Source: Saccostrea echinata (lineage: Eukaryota). Taken from it: a stretch of DNA of 64,000 bases. The notes under the pieces were generated by a model, which saw only the letters and a program-made list of their open reading frames with translations, made no database searches and was not told where the DNA came from. The DNA is taken from positions 13,826,001-13,890,000 of the forward strand of contig NW_026889761.1 in the NCBI RefSeq assembly GCF_033153115.1. Direction: 5' to 3'. The position numbers and the translations under genes were made by a program. This document shows, piece by piece, positions 26,001 through 38,430 of this stretch. The stretch's first letter is position 1. Every line of letters begins with the position of its first letter.

Positions 26001-29000
26001 AAAAAGCTTCCGTATGTCACATTTACGGTGTTGTATAGTTTATTTGTCTTGTAAAGTATTTTAAATTTATTGTAATTATTGAGCTAACTTTGTTCCGTAG
26101 TATCTTTCAGTTATCCTATTCTGGACCTCTTATTCGAATACCCTTTATGGTACCTCTCCATTACCTGTATTTATTCACCTGAGTTTAGGCTTCCGCCCTT
26201 CGAAAAACCGGCTTTCGGACACATAGCTGCACGGGCTCTGAATGAAGTATAGTTACAGACACTGACTTCTGAGGTGAATAACATGTTTAATGTACATTTT
26301 CTTCTCTGTTTTGTTAATTTTACGGTCCTGGGATAACTAATTGTTATTTCAACGTATTTTAATTTTAGTTAGTTTTGTTTGAATGTTCGTTCGTTTGTAT
26401 AGTCTGTATGTTCTATAAATATTATAGTGAGTAGTATTAATTAATTGATAATATCGGCTCTAGTGTTTCAGTATTTAGTTTCATTATGATTCTAAACAGT
26501 AAAGTAACTATGTAAGTAAAGTTACTGTGTGTACGTTTAAGTTACATGTAAAATAATGTAATTATTGGGTAAACGCATTTAATGCAAGTTCTGTAATGCA
26601 GCGCTGTGATGTTCACCACATTATTGTCCCATTATTGTGTATGGTGGGTTATGTGGGTCATAACTTGTATTTAGCTTTTTGTATAAATGTGTAACTTAAT
26701 GTGTTTATTATTGTTGTGTCATGCAGGTCCCGTCCCACATTCTACTTTGTATGGTGTATGGTGTACAGTGTATGGTGCACAGTGTACGGAGTATGGTGTA
26801 ATGTAGAAATTCACCGTTGTGAAGTGGATGGACGAGAGCCAGAATACCATGTACCATTAATTAACTAGATAAATGTGAAAACGTTTTGAGTTTTTATTAT
26901 TTGGAAAACATTAGGGAAGAACCCGCAACACCGTATACATGTAAATATCACCCGTTATTAACAATACATTATTTTGGCACTGTGGAAACAACCTCCAAAT
27001 GTATAGTTTTTTTTGCAATGTGCTTCTTAATCAACATCAAAAATGGATGTATACAGTAAAAGAAATCCAAATAAATATTGAGTTACTTAATTTTTAAAGT
27101 AAATCAGCATCTACATGAAATATTCTCAAATACTTCACTAATGAAAATCTTTATATAAATACATGTGAGATTTCTTGAACCACTTACACAGTACCACTGG
27201 TCTTTATAGTACGGGTCATTAAAGGACACTCCCTGAGTGCTGGTAAAGTCCCTACTGTACAGGTGTGACTGGGGGGCACGGTAAAATTCTGTGGGGTCAA
27301 AGTTGCGCTCCGGCATTTCTAGCTGTTTGTCATACAAGATTTCTCTTTTCTCTCGAATCAGCAGTTTCTGTTGCTGTACAAACTTAACCTGTAAAAATAT
27401 TCATTTTGTTTATTTAAATTAAATAATTTAAAATTTATATAAGGTCTTTATTTTCTTCGTTAAGAAATTCTACATACTATTTGGTGGATGAATTAAGCAA
27501 GAAGGTATGACTACCATTTTTCAAAGAAGATGATTAAGTACATGTATACTGTAGATTCCTAAATATATGCGAGGATTTATTTTCGTGCGATTTCGCATCT
27601 TGCAATTTAAAATCCCTCACTTTTATTCTTATATTGCTAAGATACATGTAAAAGCTCTTGATGAACCATATATTTGCAAAATAATATCCTAGCGATTTGA
27701 CATTGAGGAATCTACAGTAACTTGAATACTACTCTGTATCATTTATAAGTGTTAAATCAGAATTACAGATGGCCGATCATCTTACCCTTGCATCATCCTG
27801 TAGTTTTTTAACATGATTCTCGGCACTTCTTTTAGATCTCCGTGACACGTCTTCATGTTCCAGTAGGTGATATCCCAGTTCTTCTAGCTAAAAGCAATAA
27901 TAGTATGGCATTATAAACAAAGGTCTACTTTAGTACTGTACTCAAAACACAGTGTTTTAATTTAAAAATCTAAATTAGAAAATATCAGTCAGAAAATGCT
28001 TATGGGTAAAATGTACTTCAATTCAAGCTTATTTGCAACTAAATAATATCTATTGTCAAAAGAAATGGTCTAAACCACAAGTTTATCTTATTTTTGGCAA
28101 ACCTTTGCATCCTTAATCTATTATAGTACTTTTGTTATGTAAGAAAATTTTGTCAGCAAGCAAGACTGAAGTAATTTGTAAGTGGGACAGAAATATACCC
28201 CATTGAAAAATAAAAAAAATAACAAATTATATCCTGTTTTAAAAGTCAATTACTTTAATGACATGACAGAGTTAAAATTATTTACCAATCATTGATCATG
28301 GAACAGGATATATCTTCTGTTATCATTTTAAATTTGATTGATAAATGGATTTTTTTTTCTTTTGACTATTCCAAAATGTATTTAATGCTTTACAACAGAC
28401 ATTTTTTCTCAGCATTTTGGATTCCATTCATTACAAATTAATTTTTTTTACCTTATTCTTCTATCTGAAAATAGGTGTCTTAAATATAGAAGTGAAAAAA
28501 ACAAGAAAGTCTGTGAGCAAATGCTCACTAGTAATACCCCCTCTATGATAAAATATACACTCTGATGTTGACATTGGATTCATACAAAAATGAATCCCAC
28601 CATTTGGCATGCCTGAACAAATATTGTGCTAAAATTTCAGGCATCAGTGTTGAGCTGTTGCTGAGAAAACTGTGACGGAAATTTGGTACAGACAGACACA
28701 TGAATAAACTGGAAGATGACATATGATTTGAACAAAAATGAATCCCACCAGATGGCATGCCTAAACAAAGAGTGTGCTAAAATTTCAATCATCTGTGATG
28801 AGTAGTTGCTGAGAAAACTGCGACAAAATTTTGTTACGGACAGACACAGAGACAGACACACAAGGGTAAAACAGTATACCCCCCTCTGTTTTTGAGCAGG
28901 GATATAATAAACATCACAAAGTCAGCAAAATGAGAATACTGTTTTGCAGACATTTATCTGTTTTCTATTAAGTATATACACATGTGTGGATGTAGTCACA

Positions 29001-29180
29001 AACCTCATCTGTGACCTTGAACCCATGCTCAGCTGCCAGGTCATGGATGGCCGATCTTTTGTGAACCTTCACTAAGAAAAGATTGAGATAATCGGGTTCC
29101 TCCTCCTCTGATGTGACAGGAAGTGCCGAACTGACCATCAGTCCCAGCAAGAGAAGGACCCACATTACTCTCACAAACAT
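20059..29180 (-). CDS. Kexin/furin-family proprotein convertase (S8B), ~763 aa, soluble type with no TM or Cys-rich region
   Basis: Twelve phase-consistent GT-AG exons: 29180-29004, 27887-27786, 27388-27188, 25928-25782, 25574-25492, 24625-24537, 23552-23380, 22677-22441, 22052-21952, 21687-21469, 21227-20910 and 20503-20059 (2292 nt). Encodes a signal peptide, a prodomain with RSKR and REKR, catalytic [14 protein letters not shown], oxyanion WATGNGG and GTSAAAP, a P domain ([29 protein letters not shown]), and an acidic/basic tail. Confidence 0.93.
23930..24345 (-). mobile_element. Partial Helentron-associated (HINE-like) repeat in a convertase intron
   Basis: Carries oyster-type HINE core motifs (CATATGCACATCT-like, CTGTAGGAGGAGTTACCCGGACA). 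The ORF call here has no protein-like signal. Confidence 0.4.
26029..26930. mobile_element. ~900-bp insertion in a convertase intron: putative solo LTR or short-TIR element
   Basis: Bounded by TGTTG...CAACA, with short internal repeats (GTATGGTGTA). The flanks TACGG/CCGTA are inverted rather than direct. Confidence 0.45.
27547..27719. mobile_element. TA-flanked MITE (TACTGTAGATTCC...GGAATCTACAGTA)
   Basis: 13-bp perfect TIR; same family as 45368-45589. Confidence 0.75.
28502..28909 (-). mobile_element. Helentron-associated interspersed element (HINE) with two core repeats
   Basis: Terminal hairpin GTGAGCAAATGCTCAC, subterminal ATACCCCC repeats, a (GACA)n microsatellite, and two ~150-bp cores (AAAAATGAATCCCACCA...). 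Confidence 0.7.
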
Positions 29181-30008
29181 CCTGTGACATAAAGGGAACA
29201 CATTTCAAAACAATATCTTAAAAAAAATTTACTAAAGCTTCCTTGCACTTTTTTCATTTGAAAAAAAAAAATTCAAAAGCATCAAAATATGTAATTATTG
29301 TACTAGAAATTAAAAAATATAAATTAAGATTAAATATCAAATTACATACATGTACTATTGGTATATTAAAAATTAAGCTATTCAATTTTTTTTTATCTTG
29401 GACAAATATACACTCCATGTTTTATTAATATATTTTGATTTTTCACTGCAATTGTACCTGAATCCTGATTGAACATTTTTGTCAACTGATCCGCATTTTA
29501 ATTTTTCCATATGGTAAATGGACCGAAAAAAATTATTACCACTCAGAATCACAGAAATTTCACAAATATAGAATAATTTACTCTAAAAACACTAAGCAAG
29601 CTCTTTTAAATACTCTGACTGTAGTTCAGTTCTAACTACTGTTTAGTTTCCCATGCAGACGTGGCACTCAAATAAAGAAGACTGTCATCCAATAAACTTC
29701 ATTTCATAAAAGGTCGAAACACTGAGAACACAAATCTTTACTCTTACATTGTCATTTATTTTTCTAATGTGCACAAATTTAAATACCTAAAAGGTTCCCA
29801 AAGGTAAGAAAATGGTTCAGAATTACAGCATGTGTTAACTAAGAATTGTCTTCATGAAATTAATAGACTATTTCCTCAGACAATCTTTAACTAAGATTTG
29901 GGTAATTCAAACACAGTTAAAGACACAGAAGCAAACAGATTTTGCATAACCTTATTTCTACAAAACCTTTGGTGCACCCCTTTAAATCCCTTTTTCTATT
30001 ATACTTAC

Positions 30009-30125
30009 GATTTCTCTTATCTTGGCGGCTCCTCTCTCCCCCGCTTCCTTTACGTCAGAGTTTAAACGTCAACATGAACAATATTGAGACTTTGTTTACT
30101 TAGATTGATCTAACAGTTTAAACAC
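30009..30125 (-). other. Putative 5'UTR exon of the convertase
   Basis: Strong acceptor (TTTTTCAG|) and donor (|GTAAGTAT) on the minus strand, with higher GC than the flanks. The ATG exon itself begins with an acceptor at 29181, so an upstream exon is required. Confidence 0.5.
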
Positions 30126-31379
30126 CTGAAAAAGAGAAAACTAAATATAGAGTCTCAAATCATGCATGGCAATACACTAAGCCAGGAGCTCATTTCAAAG
30201 CATGAATGCCTAAGGAATAGAGAATTATCTCCATATCTGTTGAACATTTCATCAACATAGGTGATACATCGGTTACCTGCATAGGTAGATCCAGGTAATG
30301 GAATATATACCTGGTCATGCTTCAGTGAAAAACAATATAAAACTTTTGGGGTTTGTGAAGTAAAATTTTTATGTACCTTTCAATAGCTGTGGTTATTTAT
30401 TATGTGTAACTTTAAATGAAAACATTTTTTATTCCTTTGAGCACTGTAAGAAGTACCTATAATCATGTTAAAGTATTATCTCAGCTTCAAAGGGGAAAAT
30501 GATGTGACCTTGTCATGTATTTGTACACACCTTAATTCTTGAAGGCTGATGGACAGATACAAAGAAGTACATATATTAGTACATATAATACTCATGGACA
30601 TATACATGCTCCGCATACATCATATACAATAACATATATACCAAATACACAGGTACATTGTACCTATTTCATAAAAATAGTTTGTTGAGAAAATTAAGTG
30701 ATCTACAATATATACATTGTATATATTCTGCAGAGAACATAGGTAAACAAATAATTTAAATGATGCAGTCATAAGTACATGGGGGCTTTTCTGACTGCAC
30801 TGTGATATCACAGACAACATCATATAATAATCATGATAATATACGACACAACTACACTGGCTGTATTAGTGACAATAAATAAATGACTCTTTAATGCATC
30901 TTATTCATGTTAATAACATAATTTTTACATCATTCATATGAGGCAACCATATATGAGCTGATACATGCATCACAGATCATAATGATGTAATTAAATAACA
31001 CGACTGACTGGGTGACATCGACAGTACAGGACTGATTTGTGCATCCTACTCATATCTAATAACATAAATTTTAGTTTACATCTTAATCTACTATATAACT
31101 ATAAAAACAGTTTCAAATATTAAAAACTGAAATTTTTATATCATCACAATACCGTGATAAGTAATTTTTCCCCCAAACTTTCTATCTGCTTTGAAATGAT
31201 CCCTACATTTCAAAATGTGTACTGGAAAAGCAGAAATTTAAAGTCCATACTAGGGACTTAACAATGTGAAAATGGCACCAACTTTGGAAAAGGATCTAGT
31301 TCTGATAATAATGACACCTCCTCCATGTGAATGACATTAATAGAGTAAGACAAGATAAATTTTCCATAATTATCTACTA

Positions 31380-32674
31380 CAGGGTTCGACACTAACATTT
31401 TTAGGCTTTAGTCCGGCCGGACTAGTGCTTCTTTACTTTTACTAGTCAACACACGATTTTATGAGTCTGTCAAAAAAAAAATCAATGTTTTGTAAGGTTT
31501 AATTTAAAAATAAACATTGCAATGTACTTTTCATACTTTTTTTAATAAAAAAGCATTAAATACGTGAAATGTTTAATTCCAAGATTCGTTGAAATCTCGC
31601 GATCAGAAACTACGATCTTGTTCCCCATCTTGTTCGTTTTTAGCTCTTATGGTCAGAGACCAGAAGAGTTTATGCAATAGTAAGGTGTCCGTCGTCCGTC
31701 TGTCTGTCTGTAAACAATTTTTCAAAATCCTACTCCTCCTACAGTTTTGGTCTGATTTCAATATAACTTGGCACACAAGTAGGCTACACTAAGATACATA
31801 ATTTAGTGCATCGGTTTTTGATTTCGATGAATGGTGTTGCCACGGTTACTAAAAATAGAAATTTCTGTGAAATTATCTTAAAAACGCTACTCCTGCTACA
31901 ATTTTAGTCTGCTTTTAATATAATTTGGCATACAAGAAGACTATACTAAGATACATAATTTCATGCATCAGTTTTTGATTTCGATGAACAGTGTTGCCAT
32001 GGTTACTAAAAAAAAGAAATTTCTGTGAAATCCCTTTAAAACGTTACTCCTCCTACAGTATTGGTCTGATTTCAATCTAATTTGGTACACAATTAGAATA
32101 CACTACGATACATAATATGCATTTCGGTTTTTGATGTGGTTACCAAAAGTAGAAATTTCTGTGAAATACTTTCAAAACTCTACTCCTCCTACAGTTTTCG
32201 TTTGATTTCAATATAACTTGGCACAGAAGTAAACTACATTAAGATACATAATTCTATTTATTAATGCATGTTGCAAATCCAAGTGCTACTTTGTTATACG
32301 TACAGACCAGTAGAGCTACAGTCTCATCAGAGACTTCTGGTTTCTCTATACATTTGTCATTACATCCTTTCTTTATGTGTCATACTAAATTATGATCGCT
32401 AAAATGTTTAATTTCATACCAATCAGTCCTAAAATCAAGCACTGAATTGACTCGAAATGATACATGTACCTAACTTCACGCCAAGAAGCTAGAAAGCTAA
32501 AAATACATGCGGGGTTTCTCAGTGAAAGTTGTTCAGAATCGAACATCGGTAATTTATTATTTTTTTCCAGAAATTTTTATTAGTCCATTCGGACTAATTA
32601 GCTACAGATTTTATATGTCCGAATGAAAATGTATTAGTCTGAGACTAACGGATTAACGTTAATGTCGAACCCTG
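31380..32674. mobile_element. hAT-like MITE (CAGGGTTCGACA...TGTCGAACCCTG) carrying a nested HINE
   Basis: 12-bp perfect TIR. The flanks ATCTACTA / TACTACTA resemble a decayed 8-bp TSD. Confidence 0.7.
31637..32343 (+). mobile_element. HINE (pearl/CvA-like) with ~4 tandem ~150-bp core repeats
   Basis: TTTTAGCTC 5' end, (GTCT)n, repeated CTACTCCTCCTACA cores, subterminal GAGCTA, and 3' hairpin AGTCTCATCAGAGACT before TT. Confidence 0.8.
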
Positions 32675-34023
32675 TACTACTATCACACTGGTTTGTTTCA
32701 TGTTGTATGTATCCAATTAATAATTGGTTTGAAAATGATGAATGATATTTTCATTTGAGGCAGGTTAAAAATTATTTGCCATCTTTAAAAATGAGGAGGT
32801 AGAGCAGAAGTGAGACAGACATAATTTTATTTTATCCCATTATTTTATTTTTTTTCTATGACTGTGCAGGCCAGGGTATAATTATTAGGCTACAGTTGTG
32901 TTAAATGCCTCAGTCCTCAATGCTAGCTACATTGTAGATACATGTATTAAGCTACTAACAGATGTTTTGAATGCCTCAGCCCCCCAAATTTTCAATTGCC
33001 TGTAAAATATTTATTAATCATTGAATTGATCTCTAAATTTGCAGATAACAGCACTTTTGTATAGCAACATCGAAAAATATTTTAATTTTGGTCTGCTTGA
33101 CTTTTACAACATTTTAGTACAACGTAAAGATTTTGACTTAAGCTTAAGATGTTTCGGGGCCATGACACAGAAATTCCAACTTTGTCTTAATTTGTCCAAT
33201 GAATTGCAAACTACTTAACTTACCTCAACATTTAAGGTTCATTGGCCCTCTGATAAGAGATATAACTCTCCCTGGGATAGATGACTTTTATTTCTTCATA
33301 AAATTTGTTAAAACTTTTCAAATTTTCCCCTACAAAGTATGCTGAGATTGTTTGCTTTTTAAAAAATGAATTGAATTTTTTTTTTTTGGAAAAGTTTTAG
33401 TGTTGAAGCAAAAATTTATATCATGTTGGAACAGAGGTATGATCGATGACCCATAACATGTTATTACCTCTTACATAATATTATAAAATGTGTTGTTTGG
33501 AGAAATATTATATATTCAAAATGTTCTGTTTATAGAGGGACTTCTGAAAAAAATATTTTTGTGAGTGAATGTATAATATATATTTAAAATAAAACAAAAT
33601 AAAATAATTAAATCACTTATCTAAACTTATTAGTAAGACAGGTCAGTATAAATGCAAAACTTTCACTCTACTTTGACTTCGCCTAATAATGTTCAGACTT
33701 GTTATCCTACTGTAAAAAAGTCTTTAAATATAAAAATATTAGCACGAAGGTACTCAGTAATTAAGTAAATTTATAATAAATAGTAACTTTCATAGCTTTA
33801 AAAAAAGTTACCTACCAATTAATAAACCAAAACTACTTTCCTAGGCTAATAATGGCCAATGTTTATTGTCAACCCTTGCTTTGTATCTCGAGCCCGATTT
33901 ATTTTGCCACGTGAGACACACGTAGTACTATGCAGTATGCTATGTAGACTCCGACTGATTTTGCTTCACAGTTATAAACAAATTGAGAATATTCGATTCA
34001 CTCACCCAAGCATTTTCTGGAAC

Positions 34024-37000
34024 ATGACAAATGCTGTTCACGACAAGGCGAAATCGGGATTTGTTGATGTAAGCAGGGACCTATATACTAACGTTATTAT
34101 ATAGGTCCCTGATGTAAGGATCTCATTTGCTCATACAGATAGTCACACTTTGACAGCTGTCTGAGTTATAGCCTAGTTCTATTTAAAGAAACATTTCAAT
34201 GCATTATCTCTAATTATATATGTTGTATGTTTATTCGGGTCCTGATTTGGAAATGAATGCTATTCTATTTTCTATACATTTTAATAGCATTAATTAAGCA
34301 CATACATGTATACATATTTATAGACCTGAGAGTGTAACCTGGTAACAAGAATTAGATAGAAAATGCAACAGACCAGGGGCCCGTTTAATTTACAAAAGAA
34401 CCTACAACTAAAGACCAAAAACTTTAGTTGATTGTAAAATTTTGCAAAATTAATTATTCTGTTTAAAATTGCTAGAGTAAAAGTATCTTTCTATGTAACC
34501 TTTTAAAAATATTAAAACCATTTTCTATTTAATGTTAATTAGAAAGTTATTATTTAGCAGATATAAATTTTGGTCTTAGTCATAAGTTCTTTTGTAAAAC
34601 GGGCCCCAGACCTGGATTCGAACCCAAATCCTCTGAACTCTAAATAGGCACTCTATTTGATGAATATTTATGCTTCGGACAATCACATTCCTTCCTCCTA
34701 AAATGTTGTTACATCAAAGAAGCTGCTGCTGATGTTTTTATCAACTTCATACACAGAGATAATGATTAGAAAATTGTAGTTATAGTAGTGTTCTCAATGG
34801 ATATCTTGTATTTCTTACATGAAACTCTCCAATGCTTATCTTTTGTCACCAATGTGCATTTTAATAACAAGTTTATAAAAGAAATAACTCTTCTATGAAT
34901 TTTTGAAATGAATGTATTCCTAAATATTTGTTTTCAATGAGATCAATTAACTGTTTTATTTTGAATGTCTGCCTTAATAACTGCACACATTTGACAAAAT
35001 AATGTTAAGGGATTAATATAGCAAAAACAATCTAGCTTGTAATATGAAAAGTTAGCAACAGGACTCAAAGTACTAAATGTATTAGTAATTTGAAGCAATT
35101 GGTCTTAGGTGACCCTCAGCAGAAGATATAAGGATATACAGTAACGTTAGAACAAAGTCCCATGGACGGAGGATTTTGCTTTTTTATAAATGTAATTCGT
35201 TATATCCGCTTAGTTTACAATATATTAAAGCCACGGTAAATGAAAATCACTTTACTGTAAGCGTCAATTCATTAAGTGTGTTCACTTTAAGCATGTTTTG
35301 CTGTACAGTACTCATTAGGAGTTAAGAAATGTTGTTTAAGGAACAAAACATTACACTGCAGGGAGAAAATTATGACAGATTCCGCCCTTCATACACAGAC
35401 AAAGTTGTGAAGTTGATTGCCTCGATCATCACAGAAACTCAAACAGATAAAGGTAACATTCTATAATTTTTGTTCTGCAGTCAATCACCCATTTTTAATT
35501 GTATATTTCTGTACTGGAACCTATATTTTACGTAAGTCCTTATTTCTTCATATTTCTTTTTTCATTTTAATGAAACTTTTGTCGTTTAATTATTTTATAT
35601 TTTATTTTCATGAATGACTTAATATTAAGAATTTCAATATTTAACTTTATCGATACTTTCTTAAAAGACAATCTGTAATCATTCCACTACTGTATACATA
35701 TCACGTAGTTTAATTTGTATTGTAATAAAAATCTTTGTTTGAATTACAGAAAACAATTTAAAGTATGATTGTGTTGAACTTGGAGCAGGAACGGGAAAGA
35801 TGACACAGAAACTTATTAAAGAATTACCAAAGGTACAGTTGTTTTTGAAATGCAGCACAGTTCTATTATCAGAAGAGAAAAGAATATTACATACAAGTAT
35901 TTAACAAAACAAAGAGTATATCTACATGTTCTTCAGCAAGGAATTTGAGAAATGTTTACTTTGAAGAGGACTTAACATTTTAATTTTAAGATTATGCAGA
36001 TTTTTTTTTCTGAATTCTTTTCAGGTCAAAAAATACCTTGCTACAGAGCCTATGGATGGGTTTCAAAAGACGCTAAAAAAGAATTGCCCAGGAATAGACA
36101 CTCAAATATGCAGTGCAGAAAAAATTCCAGTTCCCTCTGAAACTGTGAAGGTAGTTTTTATCTGCAAATTAGATGATCTGTAAAGTTTGTGAATTATGAT
36201 GCTGATTGTATGTATTTTTATCTATTTCAGACTGTAATAGCAGCACAGTGTTTCCATTGGTTTGCTAATATGACCTCATTAGATGAAATAAATAGGATAC
36301 TTATACCAGGCGGAAAATTCTGTAGGAACATTACAGTTGTATAACATATCAATGTAGTGCTCAGAAATCATTAATTAGATAAGTCATTTATAATGTCATC
36401 TGCAAAAGAAAGTTTGTTATTCAGTTCTTATTCAGCTTCACTTGAGTGAACTATTTAAATCTAAACTCATTATTCAGGTTTGTACTGTAGATTTTTTATC
36501 TTTATGAGTATGTAAGGACTGGAAGATGTCAAATCGTGAGAACATGAATTTATAGTTGATCAAGAGCTTTACATATATTTTAGCGATATCAAAAGATATT
36601 GATACTTCATGCCAAACTATGCACTATTATAAACATGTAGTATATTATGATAAAATTAAGGTCAGAGTCCCTTCTCAATTTTTAAACAGTAATGGTATGG
36701 AATAATAAAGACTGGAATGTCCCATGGGTGAAAGACATTGAGAAAATCCTGACACGTTACTATGGTGACACACCACGAGCTATATCTTACCAATGGAAGG
36801 AAGTGATAGAAAAATGTTCTCATTTCCGATGTGTTCAACACGAAATCCTCCCTGGCACAGTATTAAAGGTGAGATAATAGATGGATTTGTCTTAGCTCAC
36901 AAAACAAATGGTTCTTAATTACTACATTGAAATGAATTTAGGATTTTTTAAGATGTTAATTTCCTTTTTCTCTGAGTCAAAACCTGAGAATCGTGCATAT

Positions 37001-37352
37001 ACTTGTATAGACATGTAAATACATGTAGTTCATCTTAACATTTTGAATGTTTTGTCTGCATTTTGAAATATAGTAAAATAATAATTTAATTGTTATGAAA
37101 TTATGAATTAATATAGAATAAATCAACCAAAAACAGTTTAATGCTGAAAAATTTTAGGGGTGTCGAGATGATGTAATTGGACATTTCTGCTCCATAAGTG
37201 TCATTGCCTCCCTTGATGAAAACGAGAAATTGAAAGTCAGAAATGAGATGGAAGACATTATGGATACACATAGCTTAGCCAAAGGAACTGATGACATCAC
37301 TATCCCATTTAATACTGAATTGTATCTATCTGAGAAAATTGAAACTTTGTAG
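34024..37352 (+). CDS. Class I SAM-dependent methyltransferase (Methyltransf_11/25 type), ~269 aa
   Basis: Seven phase-consistent exons: 34024-34068, 35362-35452, 35750-35832, 36025-36150, 36231-36321, 36690-36868 and 37158-37352 (810 nt). Translation: MTNAVHDKAKSGFVD-GENYDRFRPSY...VELGAGTGKMT...ATEPM...SAEKIPVP...VIAAQCFHWF...EINRILIPGGKFLMVWN. Not in the ORF track because the exons are short. Confidence 0.9.
34074..34111. mobile_element. 38-bp micro-MITE (perfect 14-bp TIR) with a 7-8-bp target-site duplication
   Basis: ATGTAAG|CAGGGACCTATATA-CTAACGTTAT-TATATAGGTCCCTG|ATGTAAG. Confidence 0.75.
34377..34606. mobile_element. PIF/Harbinger-like MITE
   Basis: CAG|GGGCCCGTTT...AAACGGGCCC|CAG: TIR with a 3-bp CAG TSD. 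Confidence 0.7.
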
Positions 37353-37849
37353 AGTGTTGATGACAAAGGAAGAAAAAATGAACAGATTGTGAAGGGCATG
37401 AGATGAACATTCTTATTTATGTACATTCTTCAGTTATTTTCTTCAGTAACTGCAAATATTAATGCTTGTTTACAACTTATGTCAAAGCACATTATTTAGT
37501 ATGCTTACATCCAAAAAAGCTTTTTAAACATTGATGGGAAAATAAACAGTTAAAGCCATATACATTGTAATTCTATTGGTTATGGAGTCTATATTCTAGA
37601 CTATTCTCAGAAAAAAATGGACTGCAAAAGTTACTTTAATGCATCCTCTCATTTATAAACCATGTTCAATTATATCATAGGACAGGCTGAAGGAAAGAAG
37701 TATTAAATTTGAACTAAGTAGAGGAACAGGTGTAAAAATTAATTTGAAAATACATGTACAAGTAGTATTGTATTTTATCCCTAAGAGTCCAATGCTTGCT
37801 TTTTTCTATACAACGACCATCTGAAAAAATCCTTCTGTGTGTCCCAATC

Positions 37850-38408
37850 TTTTTTCCCTTTTGTAAAGCAGGTCTTCCAACAAAGGACCAACAATCTTTT
37901 GGAATTGCCATGGGTGCTTACTGTGCCCCTTTATCAGCATACCTGTATTGTATTCTAATGAAGCAGAACTTACTTAAAAAAAAATTCTACGTGAAAAGAA
38001 GAAGTCTCCTGCTTTGTCCTTTAATTCGACCTGGTAATATATATATCGATGACATTTTATCAATTAACAATTCTCCTTTTTCATTCCTACATTGATTCAA
38101 TATGAAATACTAGTGAAAGAAGCCTCAGAGCCTGACACTTGTTACATATTCAGATGATTCTCTATAGAAAGGCATCAATAGCAAACTAACAAATAAACTT
38201 TATGATGAAGGTGATGACTTCAACTTTTTTTAATTGTCAACTTCCTTTATGTAGGTAGTAATATACCAAGATCACTTGCAAATAATGTTTATGGCTCCCA
38301 GTTAATTTGATACGCAAGAGCCATGTTCTACGTATGAATAATACCTAGATCGAGGCAGCCTACTGAATAAAAATGATGATACGAAGGTATTAACAATCTC
38401 GTTTAAAA
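37850..38408 (+). mobile_element. Penelope-like RT fragment lacking its 3' end
   Basis: Remnants QQSFGIAMGAYCAPLSAYL, YIDDILSINN, KLYDEGDDFNF and QLI.YARA. It ends abruptly just before the large palindrome. Confidence 0.75.
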
Positions 38409-38430
38409 CACAGGCACTTGAAGCGTGGAT

